From positions 1 to 48,184 of the forward strand of contig CAZPLO010000009.1 of NCBI GenBank assembly GCA_964587725.1: 48,184 nucleotides of DNA. Direction: 5' to 3'. Shown here in pieces: positions 18,709 to 28,998 of the stretch (the first letter of the stretch is position 1; each line of letters starts with the position of its first letter). The DNA comes from an uncultured archaeon. GTDB taxonomy: Archaea; Altiarchaeota; Altiarchaeia; IMC4; SCGC-AAA252-I15. The position numbers and the translations under genes are program-made. Below the pieces are notes generated by a model, which worked only from the letters and a program-made list of their open reading frames with translations, made no database searches and was not told the origin of the DNA.

Positions 18709-19711
18709 CGAACGCGATGGTCTGGTTCATCAAGTCCATGAAATACACTCTCACCTCGACGGTGTCGTTCACCTTCCTGCCGTAAGAGAACGTGGCCGGT
18801 GCCATGTTGTTGTTCGGTATCTGAATCAGCCGCCCTTCCAGTATCATGTCCCTGGGAAGTTCAGCCAGCCCCTGCAGCTCGTATGTGATGTTGGATACGT
18901 TCATGGCCGAGAGCACGGATTCCACCTCCGTGGTGTTGGCGTCCGCGGGCAGCAGGAAAGACAGGCCCCACAGGCTGGCGTTGGTTTCATTATATTCGTT
19001 CACCCTCACCTCTGTGGCGTTCAGCACCGCCTTGAAGTCTTCTTCAAAGTATCGTATGCCGCTGAGCCCGGACACCGACAGTCCGTCTAAGAGAACTACT
19101 TTTGCGTCAACCCACGGCCCCTCCTCCACGGAGCCCTGGGAGAAAGCCAGCAGCTCCGCGCCTTCCGGCCCGCTCCTCCGCAGCACAAACGCCTTGACGG
19201 TGTCGCCCGCATTCAGGTATGCGCCGACCAGTGGGAGTTCGCCGTAAGGAGTAACCCCCCTGTATACTCTGTAGAGGTTGTATCCGCCGGGCAGCCGTAT
19301 TATCCTCTCCACCTCCCCGCTTATGTTCCTGCCGTCGCCTTCCAGGCGAAACATAGTGTGTCCCGGGGACACCTCCAGCCGCACGTGCCGTACGCCGGTG
19401 ATGTTGCTCTCGAACACTTCGACGACGTCCCTCTGGTCGAGGAGCTGGGGCTCCCGGGGCATGATTATCCAGTCTCCGGTGGCGTCAGCCACCTGGACGA
19501 CTGCGGCGGCGTCCCCCAGCTGCGCGGAATCGTATTCCACGACATCGTATGTCCGCGGACCCTCATCCTCGGTGGGAACTGACCTCCCCAATCCCATGTA
19601 GAGTCCGGAGAAGACGAATATGAATGTTATGAATAGTATCATATACTGCTGTTTCTTCTTCTTCGACAGCTTATGCGCTGTCACCCGCTCCTTTCTGCTC
19701 TTTCCCGCCAT
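18671..19711 (-). CDS. Membrane-anchored extracellular hypothetical protein
   Basis: Basic N-terminus followed by one TM helix, and several N-x-S/T sequons. Confidence 0.75.
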   Translation of the reverse strand: MAGKSRKERVTAHKLSKKKKQQYMILFITFIFVFSGLYMGLGRSVPTEDEGPRTYDVVEYDSAQLGDAAAVVQVADATGDWIIMPREPQLLDQRDVVEVFESNITGVRHVRLEVSPGHTMFRLEGDGRNISGEVERIIRLPGGYNLYRVYRGVTPYGELPLVGAYLNAGDTVKAFVLRRSGPEGAELLAFSQGSVEEGPWVDAKVVLLDGLSVSGLSGIRYFEEDFKAVLNATEVRVNEYNETNASLWGLSFLLPADANTTEVESVLSAMNVSNITYELQGLAELPRDMILEGRLIQIPNNNMAPATFSYGRKVNDTVEVRVYFMDLMNQTIAFAIENSGNDTAAR

Positions 19712-19762
19712 CTTCTCGGATAGTATTTATTATAGAGTGTGTTAAATGTATACCTTCTGACA

Positions 19763-20467
19763 ATGGATTTCATCAAAATAAACTACACCGGCAGAATCAA
19801 GGACGGTCAGGTGTTCGACACCAGCTTGGAGGACGTCGCCAAAAAAGAGGGCATATACGATGACCACAGAGTCTACACGTCGTTGACCGTCGTCGTCGGC
19901 GAAGGCACCGTCGTCGAAGGCCTGGACGAGGCCCTGAAGGCCATGAAGGTCGGCGGCAAGAAGAAGGTGGAGGTGCCGCCGGAGAAAGGCTACGGGGAAC
20001 GGAAATCCAGCATGGTGAAGCTGGTGCCGATAAAATACTTCAAGCAGCAGAAAATCAACCCCATACCAGGCATGCCCGTTGAAATAGACAACATGCGCGG
20101 CCGCGTTCAGACGGTTTCAGGCGGCAGGGTGCGCGTCGACTTCAACCCCGAACTCGCCGGCAAGACGCTGGAGTTCGACGTTGAAGTCGTTGAAAAAGCC
20201 GAGTCGGACAAGGACAAGCTGGCGTTCCTGGTGGAGCGGAACTTCCAGGACAGCGAGGGATTCGAAGTGAAACTTTCCGGCCAAAAGGCGGTGTTGAAGC
20301 TGCCCAAGGATGCGTTCCACGACCGCAACCTCCTGGTGAGGAAGGCTTCCTTGACGGCGGAGGCGTTCAAATACCTCGGCTTTTCCGAAGTGACGTTCGA
20401 GGAGACCTGGGAGAACCCCGACAAAAAAGAAAAGAAGTCGGAGTCCAAGAAATCCAAGAAAAAGTGA
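19763..20467 (+). CDS. FKBP-type peptidyl-prolyl isomerase (long archaeal SlyD-like)
   Basis: YTGRIKDGQVFDTS, GLDEAL, PPEKGYG, RVDFNPELAGKTLEF. Confidence 0.93.
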   Translation: MDFIKINYTGRIKDGQVFDTSLEDVAKKEGIYDDHRVYTSLTVVVGEGTVVEGLDEALKAMKVGGKKKVEVPPEKGYGERKSSMVKLVPIKYFKQQKINPIPGMPVEIDNMRGRVQTVSGGRVRVDFNPELAGKTLEFDVEVVEKAESDKDKLAFLVERNFQDSEGFEVKLSGQKAVLKLPKDAFHDRNLLVRKASLTAEAFKYLGFSEVTFEETWENPDKKEKKSESKKSKKK

Positions 20468-20498
20468 GCTATTTTTAACCTAATTCCTCTCCTTTAAC

Positions 20499-21158
20499 AT
20501 GAGGGTCCTGCATATACCGTGTTACTCTATGGCTGACCCGCTGCCGGCGCTGGAGGAGCACGTCGGCGAACTCGATGGATACTCTTCCATCGGGTTGGTG
20601 GGCACAGCGCAGCACCTGAACCGTTTAGACGACATAAAATCATTCCTTGAGTCGGGGGGGAAGAGGGTGGAGGTCGGCGGTCAGGTGTTGGGTTGCAGGC
20701 AGGACAACGCGCTGAACCTTGACGTAGAATGCATACTGTATGTGGGCTCCGGCCGGTTCCACCCGTTGGGGATAGCGTTGAAAACAGACCGGCAGGTGTT
20801 CATCCTCAACCCCCTGTCTGGGGTGTTGGACCGAATATCTGAAGAGGAGAAGAAGAAAGTGTTGGGCAGGAGGAAGGCTGCGTTGAAGCGGGCGCTGGAG
20901 TCGAATGTGTTCGGGATAATGGTGTCGACGAAATCCGGTCAGTACGATTTAGATAAGGCATTGGAGTTGAGGAAGAAGCTGAAATATACGGGCAGAGAGG
21001 CGTATCTCATCGCGGGCGATGAGCTGACGCCGCCGAATCTGCTGCCGTTCAAGGTCGACTGCATGGTGAACACCGCGTGTCCGAGAATCAGGGAGGACGA
21101 ATACCATCGGCCGGTGGTGAACGCCGCCGACTTGGAGGACTTCCTCCGGTACATGTGA
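20499..21158 (+). CDS. dph2: Diphthamide biosynthesis protein Dph2, short form
   Basis: TAQH, GQVLGC, GSGRFHPLG, STKSGQ, NTACPRI. Only 219 aa. Confidence 0.85.
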   Translation: MRVLHIPCYSMADPLPALEEHVGELDGYSSIGLVGTAQHLNRLDDIKSFLESGGKRVEVGGQVLGCRQDNALNLDVECILYVGSGRFHPLGIALKTDRQVFILNPLSGVLDRISEEEKKKVLGRRKAALKRALESNVFGIMVSTKSGQYDLDKALELRKKLKYTGREAYLIAGDELTPPNLLPFKVDCMVNTACPRIREDEYHRPVVNAADLEDFLRYM

Positions 21159-21608
21159 CTATATGCTGACCCCGTGTTTCTCCTTCACCACGTTCAACGC
21201 CACCATCGTGTATGTGCGGTCCACGTGCTCTAGTGCGGTGAGTTTCTTCACCAGTTTGTTGAGTTCGTCTCGGTTGTGGAATTTAGCCACCACCACCGCA
21301 TCGTATTCGCCGGTCACGTCGTACACTGCGGTGACGTTGTCTTCGGCCGCTATTTTTTTCTCTATCTCGGGGAGGTGCCCGCCCTTCACTATGACGCCGA
21401 TGACAGCCGTCAAATCATAGCCTATCCTGGCGTAGTCGACGTCGACCATGAAGTTTCTTATCACACCCTGCTCCTTCAGCTTGTTGACACGGTTGTATAC
21501 GGTGCCTTCGGCGACGTTCAGTTTCTCCGCTATCTCGCGGAAACTCATCCGCCCGTCCGACTGCAGCTCACGTATGATGCTCAAATCCACTTCGTCGACT
21601 TTGCCCAT
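21159..21608 (-). CDS. Lrp/AsnC-family transcriptional regulator
   Basis: N-terminal HTH (DGRMSFREIAEKL..GTVYNRV) plus RAM domain (YDVTGEYD). Confidence 0.95.
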   Translation of the reverse strand: MGKVDEVDLSIIRELQSDGRMSFREIAEKLNVAEGTVYNRVNKLKEQGVIRNFMVDVDYARIGYDLTAVIGVIVKGGHLPEIEKKIAAEDNVTAVYDVTGEYDAVVVAKFHNRDELNKLVKKLTALEHVDRTYTMVALNVVKEKHGVSI

Positions 21609-21653
21609 ATCCTTAATTCATAAGCGGTTTAATTAAAAATACTTCAAAACAAT

Positions 21654-22445
21654 ATGGTATCTGTTATGGAACACCTTAAACTTTCCAGGAAGCAGTTGGA
21701 CGCCGCGTTGAAGGGTGCGTCGGACGCAATCCGCGGCTGGGTGGAGAATTCAGGCGCCGACGGCGTCGTCTATGGTTTGAGCGGCGGCGTCGACTCCGCT
21801 CTCGTGTGCGTGCTCGCTTCCGAAGTGGACGCACACGCCCTCATACTGCCTGAAAAGGGCGTGACTCCCCGGCAGGACATAGACGATGCGGTTGAGCTGG
21901 CAGGAAAGGCGGGGGCCAGCCACACAATCCATGAAATCAACGGCATAGTGGATTCGGTGAAGCAGGCCTACGGTGAACTGGGTTGCGTTCCGTTGGGGAA
22001 CGTGAAGGCCCGGGCGAGGATGATCCTTTTGTATGCGGCTGCAAACGAGGAAAACCGGGTTGTGCTGGGCACGTCCAACAAGACGGAGCTGCTGCTCGGA
22101 TACTACACGAAACACGGCGACGGCGCCGCCGACTTCCTGCCCATAGGCTCACTGTATAAGACTCAGGTCCGGCAGCTGGCCCGCCACGCCAAGGTACCGA
22201 AGAGGATTTTGGATAAGACCCCGTCCGCCGGTTTGTGGGAGGGACAGTGCGACGAGGACGAGCTGGGCTTGGACTATGAAACCCTGGACAAGATACTGTA
22301 TCTAGTATACGGTGAGCGCCTCACCCCCAAGGACGCTGCCGTGGAGCTGGGCGTCACCCATCGGGCTGTGGAGGAGGTTCTTGAACGTGTTGATGCGAAC
22401 CGCCATAAGATGTTGAAGGCGGAGGTTGCGGGTCCGTTTTTTTAA
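21654..22445 (+). CDS. nadE: NH3-dependent NAD+ synthetase
   Basis: GLSGGVDS, GNVKARARM, GTSNKTE, TKHGDG, PSAGLW...DEDELG. Confidence 0.96.
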   Translation: MVSVMEHLKLSRKQLDAALKGASDAIRGWVENSGADGVVYGLSGGVDSALVCVLASEVDAHALILPEKGVTPRQDIDDAVELAGKAGASHTIHEINGIVDSVKQAYGELGCVPLGNVKARARMILLYAAANEENRVVLGTSNKTELLLGYYTKHGDGAADFLPIGSLYKTQVRQLARHAKVPKRILDKTPSAGLWEGQCDEDELGLDYETLDKILYLVYGERLTPKDAAVELGVTHRAVEEVLERVDANRHKMLKAEVAGPFF

Positions 22446-22466
22446 GGTACCCGTAATATCTAACCC

Positions 22467-23756
22467 ATGAATGTTTCGGTCGTCGGCTCAGGCTATGTGG
22501 GGATTATAACGGCTGCGGGCATGGCTGAGAAGGGCCATGACGTGGTGTGCGTGGACATAGACGAGTCCAAGGTCGATTTGATTAACGCCGGGAAGCCGCC
22601 GATATACGAGAAGGGTCTGCAGGATATACTCGACCACGTGGTCCCCGCTAAACTGAAGGCCACCCTGGACCTGGAAGACGGGGTTTTGAACACGGACGTC
22701 ACCTTCATCTGCGTCGGCACCCCGTCCGACCACGACGGCTGCATAAACCTCCGATACGTTCAGGAGGTCAGCAAACAGATAGGCGGCATACTGAAGAAGA
22801 AAGACGGCTACCACGTTGTGGTGGTCAAGAGCACCATAATACCTGGTAGCACCGAAGACCACGTGATACCCATACTGGAGAAGGAGTCGGGTAAGAAGGC
22901 GGGCGTCGGATTCGGGGTGGTGATGAACCCGGAGTTCCTCCGCGAAGGCGTGGCGGTGGAGGACTTCATGAACCCGGACCGCATAGTCATCGGCAGCTTC
23001 AACGACCGCGACGGCGACATAATAGAGAAACTCTACTACGACTTCACTGCGGCCGTGCTGCGGGTCGACCTGAAGACTGCGGAGATGATAAAGTACACCA
23101 GCAACAGCCTCCTGGCCACGAAGGTCAGCTTCATAAACGAGATAGGGAACGTGTGCAAGCGCCTGGGTGTTGACGTGTACGACGTCGCCAAAGGCGTGGG
23201 CCTGGACCACCGCGTTTCGCCGTCGTTCCTCAACGCAGGCCCCGGGTTCGGGGGCAGTTGCTTCCCCAAGGACGTTAAGGCTTTGATACACAAGGCCCGG
23301 GAGGTGAAGGTGGAGCCGGTGCTGTTGGATGCCGTGTTGGAGGTTAACGACCGGCAGCCTAAGGTGCTGGTGGGCCTGATTAACTCCAAGTACAAAATTA
23401 AGGGCATGCGCGTGACGGTTCTGGGCCTCGCCTTCAAGGCAGGCACCGACGACATGCGGGAGAGTCCCGCAATCCCCGTGGTTGAGGGGCTGCTGGATGC
23501 GGGGGCGAAGGTTGTGGTCTACGACCCGAAGGCGATGGACAACGCCCGCGGAATATTCGGGGACAGGGTTGAATACGCTTCTAAGGCGGTGGAGGCGTTG
23601 AAGGGCAGTGAACTCGCCGTCATCGTCACCGAATGGGGGGAGTTCAAGACCCTCGACTTCACGGGCATGAAGGAGAAGCGGGTGGTGGATTCACGCCACA
23701 TACTGAACGTGGATTTGATGCCCAAAGACGTCGAATACGAGGGCCTCTGCTGGTAG
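22467..23756 (+). CDS. ugd: UDP-glucose 6-dehydrogenase (UDP-glucose/GDP-mannose dehydrogenase family)
   Basis: GSGYVG, CVGTP, KST, NPEFLREG, GFGGSCFPKD, GLAFK..DDMRESP. Confidence 0.92.
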   Translation: MNVSVVGSGYVGIITAAGMAEKGHDVVCVDIDESKVDLINAGKPPIYEKGLQDILDHVVPAKLKATLDLEDGVLNTDVTFICVGTPSDHDGCINLRYVQEVSKQIGGILKKKDGYHVVVVKSTIIPGSTEDHVIPILEKESGKKAGVGFGVVMNPEFLREGVAVEDFMNPDRIVIGSFNDRDGDIIEKLYYDFTAAVLRVDLKTAEMIKYTSNSLLATKVSFINEIGNVCKRLGVDVYDVAKGVGLDHRVSPSFLNAGPGFGGSCFPKDVKALIHKAREVKVEPVLLDAVLEVNDRQPKVLVGLINSKYKIKGMRVTVLGLAFKAGTDDMRESPAIPVVEGLLDAGAKVVVYDPKAMDNARGIFGDRVEYASKAVEALKGSELAVIVTEWGEFKTLDFTGMKEKRVVDSRHILNVDLMPKDVEYEGLCW

Positions 23757-23781
23757 TTGAAGGAGATACTTCTGCCTGTAG

Positions 23782-24351
23782 CTAAAGAAGATACTTCATC
23801 GCCTCTGGCCAGTCTCTTGCGTAGTTGAATCCGTTGTTCTTCATCTCCCCCCGGTAGCCGTATCTCAGCAGGACGCCGGTGACGCTGCCGTTGAATTCTT
23901 GGAAGTGTCCTGGGTCGTCGTCCACCAGGTATGTTATGTTCCGTTTCTCGCATATGGCCATCTTCGGGTGCTTGCAGAGCTCCGAGGAGATGTAGGATTC
24001 GATGAAGTCGTCCATCCCCTGTTCGTCCATCCACTCCACCGCGGCTGAAAGATACTTTCCGTTGCGTCCGGTGAGGATGTATACTGTCCCACTATCTGAA
24101 AGCTCCTCCAAAGCCTCGTAGGAGCCGGGCACTGGGTCGGTGGCCAGGGTGTTTTCCCTGCAGCATACCTCATCCACCATTTCATTGTATTCGCTGTCCG
24201 ACATTATCTCCATGTTCCGAGTTATGGTGCTGCGGTTGGCTTCCCATGGTTTGATGGAGCAACCATGCCTGTCCAGTACGTACTTGCACTTAGAAGTGTG
24301 GGTGTCACATAATGTCCCGTCGAAGTCGACTGCGTACACCCGCCCCTGCAT
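23782..24351 (-). CDS. HAD-superfamily 5'(3')-nucleotidase-like protein
   Basis: VDFDGTL (DxD motif I), ILTGR, LVDDDP. The real gene is the C-terminal part of the 493-aa ORF call. Confidence 0.8.
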   Translation of the reverse strand: MQGRVYAVDFDGTLCDTHTSKCKYVLDRHGCSIKPWEANRSTITRNMEIMSDSEYNEMVDEVCCRENTLATDPVPGSYEALEELSDSGTVYILTGRNGKYLSAAVEWMDEQGMDDFIESYISSELCKHPKMAICEKRNITYLVDDDPGHFQEFNGSVTGVLLRYGYRGEMKNNGFNYARDWPEAMKYLL

Positions 24352-24380
24352 AATACTATTTGGGTGCCAAAATAAATAAT

Positions 24381-24449
24381 CTATATAGGTTTCCATATGG
24401 AAAGCATTATAACCGGGGGCCGGGGATTTAAAAACCGGCCTCCATAATG
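24381..24449. promoter_or_regulatory. Divergent promoter region with stacked palindromes
   Basis: CTATATAG, the perfect 14-bp TTTCCATATGGAAA (24390-24403), and GGGGGCCGG/CCGGCCTCC arms around TTTAAAAA. Confidence 0.5.
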
Positions 24450-24459
24450 TATTCCTACT

Positions 24460-25338
24460 ATGAAGGCCGTGATACCCGCGGCGGGCTTGGGGACGCGTTT
24501 CCTGCCCGCCACCAAGAGCCAGCCGAAGGAGATGCTTCCGCTGGTGGACAAGCCCAGCATACAGTTTGTGGTGGAGGAGTGCGTGAAATCCGGCGTGGAC
24601 GACATACTCATTATCACAGGCCGGGGGAAACGAGCCATAGAAGACCACTTCGACAAGAGCTTCGAACTGGAGAAGGTGTTGGACAAGAAGGGGAAGGAGG
24701 ATTTGAAGCGTCTCATCGAGGACATAGCCGACATGGTGGACATACACTACATCCGCCAGAAGGAGGCGTTGGGTCTCGGCCACGCAGTCCTCCACGCCGA
24801 AAAACACGTAGGCGACGAACCGTTCACCGTCCTCCTGGGAGACGACATAGTGTTCTCGAAGAAGCCGTGCACGAAGCAGCTGATGGAGCTGCATGAAAAA
24901 CACGGTGGTTCCGTGGTTGCTGTGGAGAAGGTGCCGAAGAACATGGTTTCCAGCTACGGAATCATAGACGGCGAGGAAATCGAGGACGGACTGTACAAGG
25001 TCAAGGACCTGGTGGAGAAGCCGGATCCCGAGGACGCCCCCACGGACATGGGAATCATCGGGCGTTACCTGCTGACCCCCGCCATATTCGACGAACTCAA
25101 GGATACGGGCAGGGGCGCGGGCGGCGAGATACAGTTGACCGACGGCATGAAAAATTTGAACAAAAAGGAGGATATTTTCGGGTGGGAGTTCGAGGGCGTC
25201 AGATACGATCTCGGCAACAAATTCGAGTACCTGAAGGCGTCCATCGAATACGGGCTGATACACGACGAAATAGGTGATGACTTCCGGGAATACCTAAGCA
25301 CCCTTGATGTCGACGAAATATTGGGGAAGCTGAAATGA
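24460..25338 (+). CDS. galU: UTP--glucose-1-phosphate uridylyltransferase
   Basis: [47 protein letters not shown]. Confidence 0.96.
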   Translation: MKAVIPAAGLGTRFLPATKSQPKEMLPLVDKPSIQFVVEECVKSGVDDILIITGRGKRAIEDHFDKSFELEKVLDKKGKEDLKRLIEDIADMVDIHYIRQKEALGLGHAVLHAEKHVGDEPFTVLLGDDIVFSKKPCTKQLMELHEKHGGSVVAVEKVPKNMVSSYGIIDGEEIEDGLYKVKDLVEKPDPEDAPTDMGIIGRYLLTPAIFDELKDTGRGAGGEIQLTDGMKNLNKKEDIFGWEFEGVRYDLGNKFEYLKASIEYGLIHDEIGDDFREYLSTLDVDEILGKLK

Positions 25339-26267
25339 GGGTCCTTGTTACGGGAGGCGCGGGATTCATAGGAAGCCACCTGTGCGACCGCCTAGTTAAA
25401 GACGGGCATTCCGTGATATGCATGGACAACCTCGTAACCGGAGCCATGAGGAACATAAACCATCTCATGGACAACTCCTCGTTCGAGTTCATAGAACACG
25501 ACGTCAGCAGATACATCGAAGTCGACGGCGACGTCGACTACGTGCTGCATTTTGCTTGCCCGGCAAGCCCCGTAGACTACCAGAATCTGCCGATACAGAC
25601 GATGAAGGTGGATTCACTGGGCACACTCAACACCATCGGCGTTGCGAAGGCCAAGGATTCGGCCTACATGCAGGCGTCGACGTCCGAAGTCTACGGCGAC
25701 CCGCTGGTTCACCCGCAGACAGAATCCTACTGGGGTAACGTGAACCCCATCGGCGTCCGCTCCGTGTACGACGAAGCCAAACGCTTCAGCGAGGCGCTGG
25801 TGATGGCCTACCACCGCGTACACGGGATAGACACCCGCATAGTGAGGATATTCAACACCTACGGGTCGAGGATGCGCATAGACGACGGGCGCGTGGTGCC
25901 TAACTTCATATCCCAGGCCCTCCGCAGCCAGCCGCTGACGGTCTTCGGCGACGGGAAGCAGACCCGCAGCTTCTGCTACATAGACGACGAGGTCGAAGGC
26001 ATTATGCGGCTCATGGAATCCGACTATCATGAGCCGGTGAACATCGGGAACCCCGGGGAATACAACATGCTCGAACTGGCGGATGTCATACTGGACCTCA
26101 CCGGCTCCGAATCAGAGATAACCTTTGAGCCGCTCCCCGAAGACGACCCTAAAGTGAGGTGCCCGGACATAACATTGGCTAAGAAGCTGCTGAAGTGGGA
26201 GCCGAAGGTGCAGTTACGCGACGGCCTCGGAAAGACCATAGAATACTTCCGCGAGGTGCTGGAGTGA
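25335..26267 (+). CDS. UDP-glucuronate decarboxylase (UDP-xylose synthase) family SDR
   Basis: [61 protein letters not shown]. Confidence 0.9.
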   Translation: MRVLVTGGAGFIGSHLCDRLVKDGHSVICMDNLVTGAMRNINHLMDNSSFEFIEHDVSRYIEVDGDVDYVLHFACPASPVDYQNLPIQTMKVDSLGTLNTIGVAKAKDSAYMQASTSEVYGDPLVHPQTESYWGNVNPIGVRSVYDEAKRFSEALVMAYHRVHGIDTRIVRIFNTYGSRMRIDDGRVVPNFISQALRSQPLTVFGDGKQTRSFCYIDDEVEGIMRLMESDYHEPVNIGNPGEYNMLELADVILDLTGSESEITFEPLPEDDPKVRCPDITLAKKLLKWEPKVQLRDGLGKTIEYFREVLE

Positions 26268-27181
26268 AGGTTCTCGTGACAGGCGGCGCAGGATTCATAG
26301 GCAGCAATACCGTGGATCACTTGCTGGATAAAGGCCATGATGTTGTCGTGGTCGACGACCTGTCAACCGGGAGGAAAGAAAACATAAACCCCCAGGCGGC
26401 ATTCCACGAGGTCGACATAACATCCGACGGACTCGACGGTGTGTTCAAAAAGGAGAAGCCCTCCCACGCCGTCCACTTGGCGGCCCACATAGACGTGCGC
26501 AAGAGCGTCGCCAACCCAATGTATGACGCCTCCGTAAACGTCATTGGCACCATCAACCTGTTGGAGTCGTGCAGACGCCACGAAGTCAAAAAGTTTGTGT
26601 ACGCGTCCTCCGGAGGCGCGATATACGGGGAACCCGAATACAATCCAGTGGACGAGAAACACCCCATAAAACCACTCTCCCCTTATGGGGTATCCAAGTA
26701 CGCAGCAGAAAAATACGTTGAAACGTATTCGGCGCTGCACGGCGTCGACTACGTCATCCTACGCTACGGTAACGTGTACGGGCCACGGCAGGACCCGCTG
26801 GGGGAGGCGGGGGTGGTGGCTATATTCACCGGCCTCCTGGCGGAGAATAAGCAGCCGATTATCTTCGGAGACGGCATGCAGAGCCGGGACTTCTGCTACG
26901 TCGGCGACGTCGCGGAAGCGAATCTCACGGCGCTGAAGAAGGACGCGCCGGGCGCGTACAACATCGGCTCCGGCGTGGAGACCACCGTCAACGACGTGGC
27001 GTCGCAGCTGATCACGGCGGTCGGAGCGGACGTTGAGCCGAAGCATTCCGACCCAGTGCCCGGGGAGGTGCGGAACATATGCTTGGACGTCTCCCTCGCG
27101 CGGCAGCGACTGGGTTGGAAGCCCGTCATCTCCTTGGAGGAGGGGGTTGCGAAGACGTTTGAGTGGGCGGGAAACAGGTAA
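26264..27181 (+). CDS. NAD-dependent epimerase (UDP-glucose 4-epimerase-like)
   Basis: [22 protein letters not shown] (YxxxK), [13 protein letters not shown] start overlaps the previous stop. Confidence 0.9.
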   Translation: MKVLVTGGAGFIGSNTVDHLLDKGHDVVVVDDLSTGRKENINPQAAFHEVDITSDGLDGVFKKEKPSHAVHLAAHIDVRKSVANPMYDASVNVIGTINLLESCRRHEVKKFVYASSGGAIYGEPEYNPVDEKHPIKPLSPYGVSKYAAEKYVETYSALHGVDYVILRYGNVYGPRQDPLGEAGVVAIFTGLLAENKQPIIFGDGMQSRDFCYVGDVAEANLTALKKDAPGAYNIGSGVETTVNDVASQLITAVGADVEPKHSDPVPGEVRNICLDVSLARQRLGWKPVISLEEGVAKTFEWAGNR

Positions 27182-27226
27182 CGTATTTAACCGTATATTC
27201 GGAATTACTTTCCACTCGTGGTTGGG

Positions 27227-28057
27227 ATGTCTGACAAGGAAGATAAGGATACGATTAAGCTGCTTAAGTCGAAGGCGAAGGCCGTCAGGAAGCATGTGCT
27301 GGAGATGACTACCGAAGCGTGCTCCGGACACCCCGGCGGCTCCATGTCGGCGCTGGAAATCCTGGTCACACTCTATTTTTACAAGATGCGGCACCGCCCC
27401 GAGGAGCCGGAGTGGCCGGACCGCGACCGCTTCGTATTGAGCAAGGGCCATGCGTCCCCAGCGCTGTACAGCGTACTGGCGGGGTCCGGGTATTTTCCCG
27501 TCGAAGAGCTCAACCGGTTCCGCCACGTCGACAGCTTTCTGGAAGGTCACCCGTGCAGGAAGAGCGTGCCCGGCGTCGACGTCTCAACAGGGTCTCTGGG
27601 GCAGGGGCTGAGCATCGCATGCGGCCTCGCCCTCACAGGCAAAATCGACAAAAAAGACTACCGGGTTTATGCGATAATAGGTGACGGGGAGAGCCAGGAG
27701 GGCCAGATATGGGAGGCTGCGATGGCAGCCTCGCATTACAGGCTCGACAACCTGTGCGTGATACTGGACCGGAACAGCCTTCAGATAGACGGCACCACGG
27801 AGGAGGTGATGAGCATCGAGCCCGTCGCCGACAAGTGGGCGAGCTTCGGATGGCACGTGCTCACAGCCAACGGCCACGACCTGAAGGAGCTGATGAGCGT
27901 GTTGGACGAGGCGGAGATGCTCAAGGACGCTCCAACGATGATAGTCGCCCACACCACCAAGGGGAAGGGTGTTTCGTTCATGGAGAACGTGTGCGAGTAC
28001 CACGGGAAACCGCTTACAAGGGAACAACTGTGCGAGGCGTTGAAGGAGTTAACATGA
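27227..28057 (+). CDS. Transketolase, N-terminal (TPP-binding) subunit
   Basis: SGHPGGSMS, RDRFVLSKGH, STGSLGQG, GDGESQEG, KGKG. Confidence 0.95.
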   Translation: MSDKEDKDTIKLLKSKAKAVRKHVLEMTTEACSGHPGGSMSALEILVTLYFYKMRHRPEEPEWPDRDRFVLSKGHASPALYSVLAGSGYFPVEELNRFRHVDSFLEGHPCRKSVPGVDVSTGSLGQGLSIACGLALTGKIDKKDYRVYAIIGDGESQEGQIWEAAMAASHYRLDNLCVILDRNSLQIDGTTEEVMSIEPVADKWASFGWHVLTANGHDLKELMSVLDEAEMLKDAPTMIVAHTTKGKGVSFMENVCEYHGKPLTREQLCEALKELT

Positions 28058-28998
28058 AATGCGAGAGATTCGAACACACTCGGAACGCTTACGGGGAAAC
28101 CCTGGTTGAACTCGGCAGGGAGAACCCGGACGTCGTAGTGGTGGACGCGGACCTCAGCAGCTCCACCAAGACCGCGTTGTTCGGGAAGGAGTTCCCCGAC
28201 CGGTTCTTCAACGTCGGATGCGCCGAACAGAACCTGATGGGGGTGTCAGCTGGCCTAGCGTTGGGGGGCAAGATCGTGTTCACCAGCGCGTTCGCAATGT
28301 TCGGCGCAGGGAGGGGGTGGGAGCAGATACGCAACACCATCGCCTACGACAGCTTGAACGTGAAGATTGTGCTCACCCACGCGGGCATAACAGTGGGGAA
28401 GGACGGGAGCAGCCACCAGATAATAGAAGACATCGCGTTGATGAGGGTCATCCCCGGCATGAAGGTTCAGGTGCCGGCGGACTCTATGGAGACCCGGGCT
28501 TTGGTGCGGGCGGCCGCCAAATACAAGGGACCCGTCTATATCAGGCTTACCAGGGAGAAGAGCCCCGTATTGTTCGAAGAATACAGCTACGACACCGACA
28601 AGCCTATTATGCTTCATGACGGCTCCGACGTGACCCTCATGGCGTGCGGGTACCTGCTGGGGCAGTCGATAAAGGCGGCCGCAGACCTGAAGAAGCAGGG
28701 TGTGGAGGCGCGTCTCATGAACATGCACACCATCAAACCCATGCACACGGGTTCCGTGGTGAAGGCCGCTAAAGACACCGGCGCCATCGTTACCGTGGAG
28801 GAGCACAGCATCTTCGGCGGACTCGGAAGCGCCGTCGCTGAAGTGCTTTGCGAGGAACATCCGACACCGATGAGGCGGGTGGGGATACGCGACCGGTTCG
28901 GGAAATCCGGTTCCGCCGCCGACCTCCTGGTGAGGTACAACCTCACATCCGACGACATTGTCAAGGCGGCGTTGGAGGCTGTTAAAGCGAAGAAATAG
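28054..28998 (+). CDS. Transketolase, C-terminal subunit
   Basis: DADLSSSTKT, AEQN, DGSSHQ, EEH..GGLG. ATG at 28054 overlaps the upstream stop. Confidence 0.95.
   Translation: MKCERFEHTRNAYGETLVELGRENPDVVVVDADLSSSTKTALFGKEFPDRFFNVGCAEQNLMGVSAGLALGGKIVFTSAFAMFGAGRGWEQIRNTIAYDSLNVKIVLTHAGITVGKDGSSHQIIEDIALMRVIPGMKVQVPADSMETRALVRAAAKYKGPVYIRLTREKSPVLFEEYSYDTDKPIMLHDGSDVTLMACGYLLGQSIKAAADLKKQGVEARLMNMHTIKPMHTGSVVKAAKDTGAIVTVEEHSIFGGLGSAVAEVLCEEHPTPMRRVGIRDRFGKSGSAADLLVRYNLTSDDIVKAALEAVKAKK

Noticed and set aside
24352-25263. Long antisense extension of the HAD ORF, and similar shadow ORFs (8341-9324, 17127-17975, 14196-14963, 26759-27550)
   Set aside because: They lie antisense to well-supported genes in GC-rich DNA and show no recognisable motifs.
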